From NCBI GenBank assembly GCA_965235115.1, contig OZ249442.1, positions 26,970,001 to 27,034,000 on the forward strand: a stretch of DNA of 64,000 nucleotides, in the 5' to 3' direction. This document shows positions 1 to 13,172 of the stretch, one piece after another; position 1 is the stretch's first letter; every line of letters begins with the position of its first letter. Below the pieces are notes generated by a model. The model was not told where the DNA came from. It made no database searches and saw nothing but the letters and a program-made list of their open reading frames with translations. This stretch comes from Laetmonice hystrix. Taxonomy: Eukaryota. Both the position numbers and the translations under genes were made by a program.

Positions 1-3000
1 ACGTAACATGCACTCATATCCATCACAGTTGGTTGACTAAATCCATACAATATACATACTGTCTGAATGAAGTCATATAAAGTCGAAGGTAAAGCACGCC
101 TATATGTAACCAAGTAATGCTATTCATTATTATTACAGTACATATATATGGAATCTGCTGCAAGCACAGCTCTCCGGTGTTTGTACTGATAAGGACTTTA
201 TCACGTTTATACACTGTCGACTGTTACACAGTAACTGCAGACATTTAATCCCTTCATCTAACATATTGTATTTATAAACTCGTCCTATACAGACTAGTCA
301 CAGGATAACGCTAATTCATGATGCTAACATAGATCTTTTTACGAACTCGTGAGATTTCAGTTAATTTCGATGCGCGCCAAGGTTTGTAAAATGACACGAC
401 CGAATCCATTTCCGTGATTTCAATCGAAGGCAGTAACAATGATGATTACCCAGATGAACGAGAACATGAGCAGCCACCACTCTCTAAAAAAATTCTGAGA
501 TGTATTTCTCATTCGGAAAATTACATTGTTCTATACAGTTGGTGTATTTTTCGGTAAACAGCAATGATATCTTCCTTCCTATGGAGAAAATCGTATCTTC
601 ATACGATAGAAGGGAGGACCACCGATAATTAGATTAAAAATAAAATTGTCCTTTACAGCTTCCGGAACAAAACAAAAGGGGTGAGAACGAATTATTATAT
701 TACAAAAAAAATTGAGATTATATATAAAAACAATGTGATACTCATCCCTTTGGGTGAACTAGGACGCTATAAACTTGTCCGATGTTGGAACATTGTTATT
801 CACACACAAGACGTAGGACAAAGACGGTATAGGCAGATATTGTGTAATAGTAGGTGGTGAGCCGTAACTGTGGCAGGACCATGCAATAACCCAGGTAATG
901 AGGTGGGCACACGGGATTCTTACAAAGGATCGTACGATGTCTGTCGGGCTAAGGAGTCCGTTCTAGTCCCCAGGAGCCTAACATTAACATCAATCTTTCA
1001 TCATGCTCACGGTTTTTCTCAGTCTAACCAACGTCCATGCTATAAATCTATGCTAGCACTCGCAAGGGATCCTTTTTTTTGTAGGACCTATAGGAGGGTC
1101 TTCAAGACTGCTGTTTCGGTTAGTTTAGTAAGAGGCACTCGACACGTTAGACGGGCTCATTTGTGTCGCTGAGGTAGCCTACTGATATAGTTGTCAGCCA
1201 TATTGATAAAACCAGTTAAAGGGCTAGCCGGCCTATAAACGCAGCCAATCCAGGAGACTTTGCATATGGTGGCAAATTTAAATGCCTTCGGAACTCTCTA
1301 CTTTTGACTGTTTATCCCATGTAGCATCAGCAGCAAAACATGATATCATCTTGTTTAGGTACATGCATAAACATGAATGTATGTAGAAGAGTGGTGTTCA
1401 ACTAGAATATCTGTTCAACAAGAATTTGAAGTGCATACAACATCAAAAGTTTGAAAATGGTGCAGTTAGAGCTGTTGGGTGTCAGTGATTGACAGCTGTG
1501 ACCCAGGTCATGACCCACTTCAGGCGTCCTATCAGCCAGAGTGGGCCATAATTATGCTGGGGTATAAATAGCTGCAGCAGGTCAAGTCACATGAATATTC
1601 AAATATTACACATGAATATTTAAGTATAAATCCCCCCCCCCCCAATCCCTACGATCTTTAGGGCTTTAAGTAGGCTTAGGAGCGAACGTATAAGGAGGGC
1701 AAAGGTCCCGATTTCAGAAAACTTTTAGTTCTACCAGCTCTTGGGGCCACTGCCAGCCGTTTTGGGCCGTTATTGACCTATAAATTATAAGGCCTTAACA
1801 TGGTGGGTGGGGCTGATTAAAGCGGATCTGGATACTCTATAGCTGATTTTGTCTTTAATTGCCATGGCTTTCATGAAAGAGCCTTTGCTGTAAGAACTGG
1901 AACTGCTCAGATTGTACTAGAAACACGTTTAGATCCATTCGTTTAAACCGTTGAGGATATATATCGGCTAAAAGGTTATTAGCCTTGCCGCCAATCGCGA
2001 TGTTCAAATATGACTTTATCGCGAATGCCATCTTAATTAGGGATGCCTTCTAATTAAGCAATTACTGATAGCGATCAGTGCTCTTATTTGGCTTCAAGTG
2101 TGTCTTTGCCTATTATCCTGATCTAATACAAATTCATCATCGGTTCTACAAAGGTAGGGCACGTCTACTGCAGATCAGAGCCAATCACAGCACGTGATTT
2201 TATGCACCGCTGAGCGCCGCACGAGATCAGCTGACCCGGGGCTGTCGTTGACGTCGTGGCGGCCCACGGCTGACCTACATTGACCGCATGACGTGAACGT
2301 CCTGGGCCCGGATGTGGGCCGCCGTTTGGGATTTGCCTGGCGTCTGCTGGCGTCTGCTGGCCAGTGAAGCGTCACTGTGAAGGAGATACCAAATCTCCTG
2401 CTGGATGACGCCAGGGTCGCAGTACGCCCTTTGCTTAGTGACACTCAAAGCGATTGATTGGATCCAAAGCTGATGGTGGTAACATCTCACAAGCCGGTTG
2501 GGCTCGTATCAGCGACTTCCTATCTTCTGATGACATTCCATTTGATAGTCAGTATTCGGCTATTTGGATTACATGATTATCAGGGACCTAGCGTATGCAC
2601 ACACCACGCCGTACGCAGGCAGTACTTCCACCACTGGTTTACCCTCAATTTTACTTTATTCGAATATGGAGGTACTTCATTTAAAACGTTCATTATTCCT
2701 CTTTAGCTGGGGCGATTAGGAACCAACAAAAAATCTTTAAGGAAGCAAAATCTTGGATAAATTACCTTCTTCGTTTATTTATACAAATAGTAGGTCTATG
2801 ACTAGGAGATATATATATAGTATGAAAGGGTTGGTCTTTGTCTTACAGGACTTCTTGATGAAAGGCAGTTTCCCCTGGAGGGCGAACAAAAGCTTTGACC
2901 CGCTTTCATCTCAGCTGAGCATGAATCGGTGCGCACTTTGACATCACGGCTTTGACCAGGAGCAATGCCAGACCTTCAATCGCTCGGAAAATACTGAAAC

Positions 3001-3697
3001 GATTCGATGAGCAACTGTCGGGTGTGGCCATTGAAGCGTAGGATTAGTTATGATACTGGAAAGTTTGAGGACGTTGTGAGAGGACCAGTAACCTGGTAAT
3101 GTCGTGTGGAAACAGGGATCCGACATGAGGAAATGTATCAACCATTCGCATGACTTTTAAAAATGTATCAACAATCGCATGAGTTTTTGTATGAGATGAT
3201 ATTAGCTCAATGTAATCATGGGTAGAAATGAAAACACAGCTTGGACTACTTTCTTGCGCGGCGGAAATATTTCCTGAGTTCTCATTTTTAGTTTCTTGGA
3301 TTCTCAGTATAATTTTTCAGGTTTCGTCAGGTAATAATTCGTCTTCTTTGCAAGTTGTTTGGCCTTCTCAATTGTTATTTTAAGTTCGTTCTAATCTATT
3401 CGTAGTTAAGGAATGCGAAATCGTCGATATCTAAAATTAAAAAAACAAAAAACCTATAGTGATTTAGTAAATAACACAGTCATGCATGTCCCTTATGGGC
3501 CACCGTAACGGTGTCATCACTGTACCAGTTCATTCTTCCTTCATTCCAGTTTCTGTTGCTCGTTGAATCTATTATTGATGTGCTCCCCGGAGCAGAATTT
3601 ACCCGTTAAAGTGTGGGTTACCTTCATATTACGCTCTTCCTGGGACAGTAATACGGCATGACCGTCAGAGACACCGACCTATCCATGATTGTAGAGC

Positions 3698-4112
3698 GAT
3701 CTGCCTGTAACGTTTGTAAACTGCCATCTGATTGGTCGGCAGTGTGAAAGATCTGCCTGTAACGTTTGTAAACCACCATCTGATTGGTCGGCAGTGTGAA
3801 AGATCTGCCTGTAACGTTTGTAAACCACCATCTGATTGGTCGGCAGTGTGAAAGATCTGCCTGTAACGTTTGTAAACCACCATCTGATTGGTCGGCAGTG
3901 TGAAAGATCTGCCTGTAACGTTTGTAAACTGCCATCTGATTGGTCGGCAGTGTGAAAGATCTGCCTGTAACGTTTGTAAACTGCCATCTGATTGGTCGGC
4001 AGTGTGAAAGATCTGCCTGTAACGTTTGTAAACTGCCATCTGATTGGTCGGCAGGGTGAAAGATCTGCCTGTAACGTTTGTAAACTGCCATCTGATTGGT
4101 CGGCAGTGTGAG
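3698..4112. repeat. Minisatellite, 52-bp unit x~8
   Basis: Unit GATCTGCCTGTAACGTTTGTAAACTGCCATCTGATTGGTCGGCAGTGTGAAA repeated in tandem; explains ORFs 3624-4184, 3665-4039, 3679-4134. Confidence 0.97.
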
Positions 4113-5079
4113 AGAGCGCTGGGACCGGAGACACCCTTCCAGGGGCCGTAAATAGATTTCTAATTTACCATGGACGCGCCACAAGCCTTAAATAAAGGGG
4201 CTGCATGATTTCCATTGATCTTATTACCTTCATTGTACCGGAGGGGGTTCAGGAAGCATCATAGGGCAAGGCAATACGCATCGCAAGGTATCAGAGAAAT
4301 AACAAAATGTGCAGGGCTACACTTTGCTTGTCTGTTACTTTGATAAGATTTCGTGTGTACACGTATATGGACGGCAATATATTGGATGTGAGAAGTGTAG
4401 CGGTTGTTTGTCAAGTATGTTGTATGTGAAATAAATGAGTTTGTTCATCTTGAAGAAGATGGGGAAGGCAGTTCAGTCACCATATATGACTTTAAATCGT
4501 GCGTTATAAAATTGAAAAAAAAACGTTCCTTGAAGTGTAATAGCTTGGTGACATTATTTGTGTTGTCACGGCTTTTAGATGTAGTTGTCCGATTGCCAAA
4601 TTGCTTCACCAATCATATTGCAATCTCGGATTAATCAATATCTGTTATGGCAAAATTGGATTTTAAAAAGTCCTATTCATTAAGCGCGCCTGTTAAAAAA
4701 GCAATCGTTTTGGTAGCGTGGATGTCGAGAATTCGCTTCGTCATGCGACCTCAAATTAATAAAACAGGCTTGAATTGCACATAACCGTTCTGTTCCAAAG
4801 GTCTTCGTATGGAATTCAAAATTTAAAACATCAACAAAATCACAAAATTTACTCATCGGAATTAATGTATACTACGCAAATATACGTGGATGGACTCAGT
4901 GCAGAACACCATGTCAGTGTTTGTATGTTTAACCACTTATTTCCATTCCCATTCGGAAATTAATAAATCCAGTGGAAAATGTAAAAATCGCCAAACCCAG
5001 TTACGTTGGCATTCCTTTTTTTTACTTTTTGACAATTATAATTATGCAATAACAAAATAACTTATTCTGACCCCATAAT

Positions 5080-5320
5080 CCGGTGGTAATGTTGGCCAGG
5101 GAAACCGGTGCTCTGGAACGTGACTGCTGTTGACGACTGTCCGGTGGTAATGTTGGCCAAGGAAACCGGTGCTCTGTAACGTGACTGCTGTAGACGACTG
5201 TCCGGTGGTAATGTTGGCCAAGGAAACCGGTGCTCTGGAACGTGACTGCTGTTGACGACTTCTGGTGGTAATGTTGGCCAAGGAAACCGGTGCTCTGGAA
5301 CGTGACTGCTGTAGACGACT
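5080..5320. repeat. Minisatellite, 61-bp unit x4
   Basis: CCGGTGGTAATGTTGGCCAAGGAAACCGGTGCTCTGGAACGTGACTGCTGTTGACGACTGT units start at 5080, 5141, 5202 and about 5263. Confidence 0.95.
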
Positions 5321-8074
5321 CTCAGTTTAGACCTGCCACCCCTGATAGACATCAAAGAAGAGATTTGGCTCTCCGTTTGAAAATTTCATTCTCCTGATGA
5401 AGTTCCCAGAAAACACAGCCACAGACGCCAGAAGTGAATTCTATCGATATAACTGAAAGAAAAACCTCCTGTGCTGTAGGGAGTCTCATTAGCTTCGTTA
5501 AACAGAAATCCATTAGTCCGTGTTAAATTTCAACTTGGATAGAGTTAAGACTTGGGTTACGGTTTCTTTCATGGCTAATGTATCATTTTCTTTCCTTTTT
5601 TAATAAAAAGCGATATAAACTGCTATGTCTAGAGTAATTTGATAAATATCATTTAGATATCGCTGTGATTAGGTCCAACATATTTTACCTCTCCTGGTAG
5701 TCGCAATATGATCGCAATATGTTGGAGATCAGTGAATGGATTGGAGAACACAGGCCATGAGCGGTTCATAGAATATTCAGTTAATTTGTCTTCTCCGCTT
5801 TCGTTTCCGAGATGTGTCCTTCCCTCAAACTCCATGTATTTACATAAAATCGATCCAACATTCAATCCCATGACAACATTCGAGAAATCTGTGTTTTTCA
5901 TAAAAACAAACAAAAAAAGTTAAAATTGTTGGCAGCTGTTAGCCAGATGAAACATTATTCAACTGTTCATGCACTGGGAAGCTTTTTGGTAAACCGCAGA
6001 ATTATTGAGCAATGGCCCCATTGCTTTATTGCGCAAGACTGCATTTGGCATGTAAATAGGCGTGTCTTTATGGCAAATCACTAGCCATATCCTCGTTTTA
6101 CTGCATACATTGATTTTTCGTAACATTCAGAGAATGTTGAGGCCAGAGGCACTACAGTTTAAACTGCAGGTTTTTTAATAGCATTTCCATGTTTGGAATT
6201 CATGCTTTGTGCATGTCGTACACGTTAGATCGACAAACAGCTGGGACAGATGGTATCTTTGAACTACGCTCTGGAAGTTTCTCAAAGGGCGCCTACGTGT
6301 TAAAGGTACCCTGACAGGAATCATGCTCAGAAACCCAAGGAAAGCAGAGCAGGCTAGAACTGCTGTGTTTGTTGAGAAACCAGACTTGGCTCAATTTATT
6401 CGCCTATCATAGTTCGCGGTGACCGGGCCTAATTGTGGCTCATCACTGTAGGACAACATGTCGTAACTGAGACCCTCTGTCACTTGGGTATGAACAGGAG
6501 GGCTGATAATCTGTACAATATCCCGGGAGGGGCGTGTCTCAACATCAGCGTCTGATCGGTCCGATCGTCTGCCTATAATCGACGTCAGCAGCGTCGCATT
6601 GTAAAAGACGCGTCTGACAGAACTGCTCAACAATCTGCGTTTGACGTTTGGTAAGTCAAACGTACAATACAGCGCTGTGTGCCAGAACTTAACCATCTTA
6701 AGAGGGGAAAAGAATACAGGAAAGAGGCGCTCCCCCACCCCCATTTACCCCCCCCCCCCCACCCACACACCCACTCACCCCCCCCCCCCCCCCCCCACAG
6801 GACGCTGGATAGAGACGTGCGGTGACGATACTTCCTCCCGTCATTACTTCTGGCTCTGATCTCGTGGATTCCCGCACGACCTCGCCAGGCTGCAATGTCT
6901 CTATATCAACCCCTGCGTTCCTGCACTGGTTCTCCCCCCACAACACACGCCGTCCGTCCGTCCACGCCTCCACCCCGGACACGCTCAGATAGTGGCGAGA
7001 TCTAGCTGATATAGGCAGCCCAATGAGGCCATGAGGACCGCCAAGGCGGGCGGACGTTCCCTGTGTCGCCGTCTGCCCCCAATTACAGGCGGCCAGTGGT
7101 GATGAACGACTGGCGAGCGGTGGCGGCTTAGGTCTGATGATAACTGTACTGACTGGCGTTGATGGCGCACAGAAAGGGGCACACGTGCGGGCGTGCAGGA
7201 GGCGCCACTTAGCGTCGCGTGCCACATAGAGGCGCCACAGTCACCTGTATGCATCACAGTAGCAACGTGTGTGTGTCACGGGGATTGGTGTACGGCAAGG
7301 ATGTAGTGTTTCTTCTAGGATAAAACTGGACATCTCTTGGATACTAACGCCCTGGATACACACAGGTAATACTCATGCTGGATAGAGGGATTGGGTTTTG
7401 GATCTAGATATGAACGTAGACCTATTTATAACCGTTGTCTTTTCAGGTATAGTGTGGGCAGATTTACGTTTTGCTGTCATAGTCAGGTAGAACTTTCTGT
7501 CCCGCGCAGCTGTACGTTTTCTGTTCAGATTGTACCGAAGGTAGCAATGATTATGGGATGCTTTTACAATTATCTCTGCGTTATCATTGGCTTGTCATTA
7601 CGAATTATTAGCAGCAGAAGTAGGAAGCAGGAAGAACAGCAGCAGCAATAGCTCATAGTTTTTAATGGCACTATCAAACCGCAACATGCGTTGACTGAGG
7701 CCTGTACATCTGATGGAACTTCCCCCCAAAAGCCTGATCTGAGAATATCCACCTTGTATTGATACAAACTTCCGTTAACAAGACCTGGGGTGATGAAGAC
7801 GTCGCTGCCAGCGGCCGCCCGCCCGCTACCCGGCCCTGGGGTCTGCAATGAGTATTTGTGGATCACCGGATGTGGGAGTAGCGTTCCCCGAGCGTCCGCA
7901 CATACCGGATGTTCATGATGATCTGAAAGGATTGGTGAACACCTTAATTGGTGAGAGAACCCAATGGCAGCAACTGACCTGATGGCTGCGTCCCTCTCCT
8001 CCTACCCCACCCCCGCAACTCTAACATTGGGACAGTCGTCATGGAGCGTTCAACACATGGTTCCTTCCTCCTGA

Positions 8075-8395
8075 CCGCCCCCACCTCCAGCGTTAGCGTA
8101 GGCGGATCGGGCCACAGCGACCACCTCTCATTGTGATGGGGCACGGGGCAGGCCGCCCCACCTCCAGCGTTAGCGTAGGCGGATCGGGCCACAGCGACCA
8201 CCTCTCATTGTGATGGGGCACGGGGCAGGCCGCCCCACCTCCAGCGTTAGCGTAGGCGGATCGGGCACAGCGACCACCTCTCATTGTGATGGGGCACGGG
8301 GCAGGCCGCCCCACCTCCAGCGTTAGCGTAGGCGGATCGGGGCACAGCGACCACCTCTCATTGTGATGGGGCACGGGGCAGGCCGCCGCCTCCAC
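8075..8395. repeat. Minisatellite, 76-77-bp GC-rich unit x~4
   Basis: CCACCTCCAGCGTTAGCGTAGGCGGATCGGG... recurs at 8081, 8158, 8235, 8311. Confidence 0.95.
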
Positions 8396-8399
8396 CGTG

Positions 8400-8908
8400 G
8401 GAGGACGGGCGGAGGACGGTTGGATGACGGTTGGATGACGGTTGGATGACGGTTGGATGACGGTTGTATGACGGTTGGATGACGGTTGGATGACGGTTGG
8501 ATGACGGCTGGATGACGGCTGGATGACAGTTGGATGACGGTTGGGGGACGGTTGAATGACGGTTGGGGGACGGTTGGATGACGGCTGGAGGACGGTTGTA
8601 TGACGGTTGAATGACGGTTGAATGACGGTTGGATGACGGCTGGATGACGGTTGGATGACAGTTGGATGACGGTTGGGGGACGGTTGCAGGACGGTTGGAT
8701 GACAGTTGGAGGACGGGCGTAGGACGGGCGGAGGACGGGCGGAGGACGGGCGGAGGACGGGCGGAGGACGGGCGTAGGACGGGCGGAGGACGGGCGGAGG
8801 ACGGGCGGAGGACGGGCGAGGACGGGCGGAGGACGGGTGGAGGACGGGCGGAGGACGGGCGGAGGACGGGCGGAGGACGGGCGGAGGACGGGCGGAGGAC
8901 GGGCGGAG
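8400..8908. repeat. Compound 11-bp minisatellite (GGATGACGGTT block, then GGAGGACGGGC block)
   Basis: Two related 11-mers in adjacent blocks, switching near 8710; strongly G-skewed. Confidence 0.97.
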
Positions 8909-9887
8909 GGGGACAGAGAACGAACCCAGGACGTTGGAGCTGTGCCATAGACAGACAAGAGTGAAGAAGACACAGATGTTCTCTTGGTTAAAGGTTGTGA
9001 TACCAATATCACACACCCTCCAGACAACACACCAGCAGGAGTCCAGTAGTTGTAACAATATCACACACACTGTCGCCCCGGCCTTGTCAATAGCCTTGTC
9101 AATAAAGTGTTCCAGTAGTTTGACAGCGCCGACAATATGCCCAAAGGACACGTCGTGAGGAGATTCACAAAGTGTCAAAACAACAGGATGCTAGCCCTGA
9201 CACAGGTTGTCTACCGCCTGGCAGCAAGTCATGGCCTCTTTACCCAAACACCATTCTACGCACGCGGGACAAGCAAGTCTAAATTACATTAGATCTGCCC
9301 TAACGGTCCCTCTGCTAGCAGGCGGAGCCCCTTCTGCCAGCAGACAGAGCTGGAATAAACTCAGGTAGACACCACCTGATTTAGAGAGTTACTGGAACAG
9401 AATGCGAACTCGGTAAAGTAAATCTCTGCGTTAGGATTGAAAGTAACGTGGGACCGAGGGATGGGTTATGGATGAAGCACTCCGTCTCCCCTGGTAGACA
9501 GTCTGACGCGTAGTTAAGGCACTATAATCTCCACACTGAGAGACGTCGCCGTGTGTACGCCTGACGTCGCCATGTGTGTACGCCTGATTCGTACGCTACT
9601 TCTAGTGTACTACTAACACGCACACTCCCACCCGAGCATGAATAGGAGCCAAGAAGGGGCTCAGCGTGCCCAGCCTTTCAGACATCACGTTTTGAAAGGG
9701 CTGGGTTTTCTTTTATTTCGTTCATATCTTGATGCTGGGATGAAGTCATGTGGACTAGAGTAGCAGAAAATCATCGGGCGTTTCCTAGAATATTGGGGAT
9801 GGAAAGCCCACGTCGCCACGTACGTGAATTGTCGTCTATATTTTTTTGGACTTCAAGGCTTCATATTTAAACATGACATCTATTTAA

Positions 9888-10415
9888 AGGGGCATATTAT
9901 GAGGAAACGTTAAAAATCGGTATTTCATAGAACTTTTGCTGTTTTCATAAAGAGATCCTTCATTAAAATTGCTTGGTAAACAAAGACAGACTTATCAGTT
10001 TCATTTTGCGTGAGAAATCGAAGTTTATTAAGCTCCCTTGCCCGCTTCTCTGCCGATTTCGTAAAATATTTTTTGGGTGGCATTCTGATGCCGGATGATC
10101 GAGTGCAACTGCTGAATTGTTTACAACTAAGTGAAGCACGTGACTAAACACATGCAGAGAGTGCACACACAGGATGTGACACAGTATGCAATTACACGGG
10201 TTGATGGGAGGTTGTCCGCCAAATTATGGCGGGAGATGTGCTATCGGGAGAAATCTATAGGTTTGGTCGTATAGAACCTACTTGTGCTGCATACGCAGCG
10301 AAAACACGTCGGAGGACAAAATGCTGTGGTAGGATTATTTACTTGGATCCCTAGTACACGGTCATTTGGGATAATTGCCGGAAATCCTCAAAAACGTGTT
10401 TCATAGCATGCCCCT
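9888..10415. mobile_element. Non-autonomous DNA transposon (MITE), TTAA TSD, Kolobok-like
   Basis: TTAA|AGGGGCATATTATGAGGAAACGTT ... AACGTGTTTCATAGCATGCCCCT|TTAA: imperfect TIRs starting AGGGGCAT, with TTAA at 9884-9887 and 10416-10419. Confidence 0.7.
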
Positions 10416-10775
10416 TTAATTAGATCAGATTCGGTGATGTAGGGCATTTCTTCTCAACATAATTCACATAATGAATTCTCCTAGCGGTTGACGCTTGCCT
10501 TTTAATTGAAGGAGAAATAACAGAACGAGTATTTATTATTGGATAATGATTCTTGCTATAAACTTTTATATGAAGTTTCACCATTCCTGTGCGGTATATT
10601 TTAAGTTTTAAAAATTGAATTCCTCAAAATTGTAGAAGAAAATTAAAACCGGAAGTTATTCATGGGCATGTGTGAAGCCATGTATGCATTGCATCCGTAG
10701 ACACAAGCGCTTTGGAAGCTTTGTCCAGCTATGGTCAAGTTTTGTTTAGACAAGCTCCATTCTGTCTCAGCGGAT

Positions 10776-11103
10776 GTTACACACCCACAAATTAAATTCT
10801 GAATAGTCCCTCCCCAAGGAGACGGAAACACAAAGTTTCCATGACTCCGAAGGCATCCTACAAATGGGTCTGAATCATACACATAGTGTTACACATCCAC
10901 AAATTAAATTCTGAATAGTCCCTCCCCAGGGAGGCGGAAACACAAAGTTTCCATGACTCCGAAGGCATCCTACAAATGGGACTGAATCATACACATGATG
11001 TTACACACCCACAAATTAAATTCTGAATAGTCCCTCCCCAAGGAGGCGGAAACACAAAGTTTCCATGACTCCGAAGGCATCCTACAAATGGGTCTGAATC
11101 ATG
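10776..11103. repeat. Tandem repeat, 112-bp unit x3
   Basis: GTTACACACCCACAAATTAAATTCTGAATAGTCCCTCCCC... at 10776, 10888, 11000. Confidence 0.95.
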
Positions 11104-12829
11104 TACATCGATGGGAGTCCCGCTTCCGGTAGTGTCTATCTGTTATTTCCTGCGGACACTTTTATGGTAATTTCCGCACTATTAGCGAACGTGTAAAAGC
11201 ATAACCGCACGCAACCGAAAGATTTATGTCGGCCGGCAGCGGCTGCATGTAAACAGAACATCGACTTGCTCTTGTCATTGATCTCCAGAGGCGGAAGTGT
11301 GTAGACAACTCGTGTTTAAACAATACGCCGTGAACGCCGAGTTGGTGTGGCCGTGACCTTGTCATGGTCGCGGCCAGCATAGCGCACCCTGTCGGTGAGC
11401 AGTAGAATTGACGGGGCTGAGGTTACGGATGGGGTCCAGGGCTGACCCCCCCCCCCCCCCCCCGGCGGCCCTGACCTGCCTCCGACCCCCGGGGAGCGGG
11501 TGGGGTTAGAAACCCCCTTAACAGGGCGGCCCATTATAAGAGGACGTGGAGAATCCGCCTGGACCGTTGCTTGGTGCCAACGCTCTGACGTTGATTGGGC
11601 GTGACTGGTTCTATGACGTTGAAGTAGTCCCCGGGACGCGGCTTTAAGAGAAATACGACTGAATGCCAACCGCTGTCTACGTAACAAAGTTACGTACACT
11701 GGAGAACTGTGCAACCTGATTGCTACTCTACGCTTGGCATTACAACCACCAACATTTAGTTATTCATACTAAATCCATCAACGACTTGCTGTACGTGTAA
11801 TTAAAACCTAATTCTCCGCGTATAACGAGGCCCTTTGAGCGGCATCTCGTGCTGGTATAGTCAGCGATTATACCAGTTGGCCTGTGAATATCTAGCGTGG
11901 ACGCTGAGTAAATGCTTTACCTGCATCAGGCACAGGAATTAATCAAAGATCTTGAGATCCAATTTGAAAAATATATAGGCCTACTCCCAGTGTATTTTAG
12001 GTTATTAATTTAATGTCGATATTAAATAATACCCTTGGGGATAATTCACAGTACTCCATCTAATCCCCCTCCATTGTCACTTTCCTGAGATCAGCGCCAC
12101 CTGTTAGTAAGCCAATGAACCCGGCGGGTGGCAGCGTTTAATCCGGTCCCCTTGCTCCCTCTAGACATTGGTCCTACTTATTGATGATACTATATCGGGT
12201 CTGAACAACGAATTGCCTGGACAGGTCGTCACAATTCCATTTCCCATGTAGTTTGGGGTACCAGGTCTCGTGGCAAAGGGACGGGTGGGCCCCAGACTCG
12301 CACCCGAACACGCTCTAGTCACCAATAAAAGGGGCGGGTGGGCCTCAGACCCGTACCCGAACACGCTCTAGGGACCAATGCCTATAAGTAGGCCTATGGT
12401 ATATTTCGTAGATCAAAGGTATATGTCTACATTCATTTTGTAGAGTCGTATGCGAGCTTACTGCCCGAAAACAACGGACATTTTCCTAACCTACTCACAG
12501 TCACCGACATTCGTTATCCAGTGATACTTCAACAAATTACTTCTACAAATTACTTTTCTCGACATCTAGATGTTCAGACGATAAGACACGTTGTGGGGAA
12601 ACGTCAACATAACGTATGAATGTATTCTCTCTTGGAGTAGGAGTTCCTTTATATGGTGTGGGAAACATGAGAAGTTCTGCCCCCGCTGGCAGCTAGAACG
12701 CCAGGGTCCTCGGGGGTACAATACGCCAAAGTCAATGGTGCGAGGGTGTGGGCGCGTGTGGAAGAGGTGGGGACAACTGGAATCTATGGTTTAAATATTT
12801 TAGGTTATAGTGTCGTTTAAACGTACAGA

Positions 12830-13172
12830 TGCGTACGTCATGTGTATGGGCCTGTCAGGGAGTCTGTGCTGTATGGCAGGCCCTGTCTTAGCGTCGGTTC
12901 CTTGTATAAACTGTTCTGGTGTTCGCGACAGAGCAAGTGTACAGCGTACGTCATGTGTATGGGCCTGTCAGGGAGTCTGTGCTGTATGGCAGGCCCTGTC
13001 TTAGCGTCGGTTCCTTGTATGAACTGTTCTGGTGTTCGCGACAGAGCAAGTGTACAGATCTATGCGTACGTCATGTGTATGGGCCTGTCAGGGAGTCTGT
13101 GCTGTATGGCAGGCCCTGTCTTAGCGTCGGTTTCTTGTATGAACTGTTCTGGTGTTCGCGACAGAGCAAGTG
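12830..13172. repeat. Tandem repeat, 113-120-bp unit x3
   Basis: TACGTCATGTGTATGGGCCTGTCAGGGAGTC... at 12834, 12947, 13067. Confidence 0.95.

Noticed and set aside
9000-9178. Minus frame AVKLLEHFIDKAIDKAGATVCVILL resembling a LINE RT region
   Set aside because: The following D(F/L)SxAFD motif is missing and there is no other RT signature. A BLASTx search would be needed.
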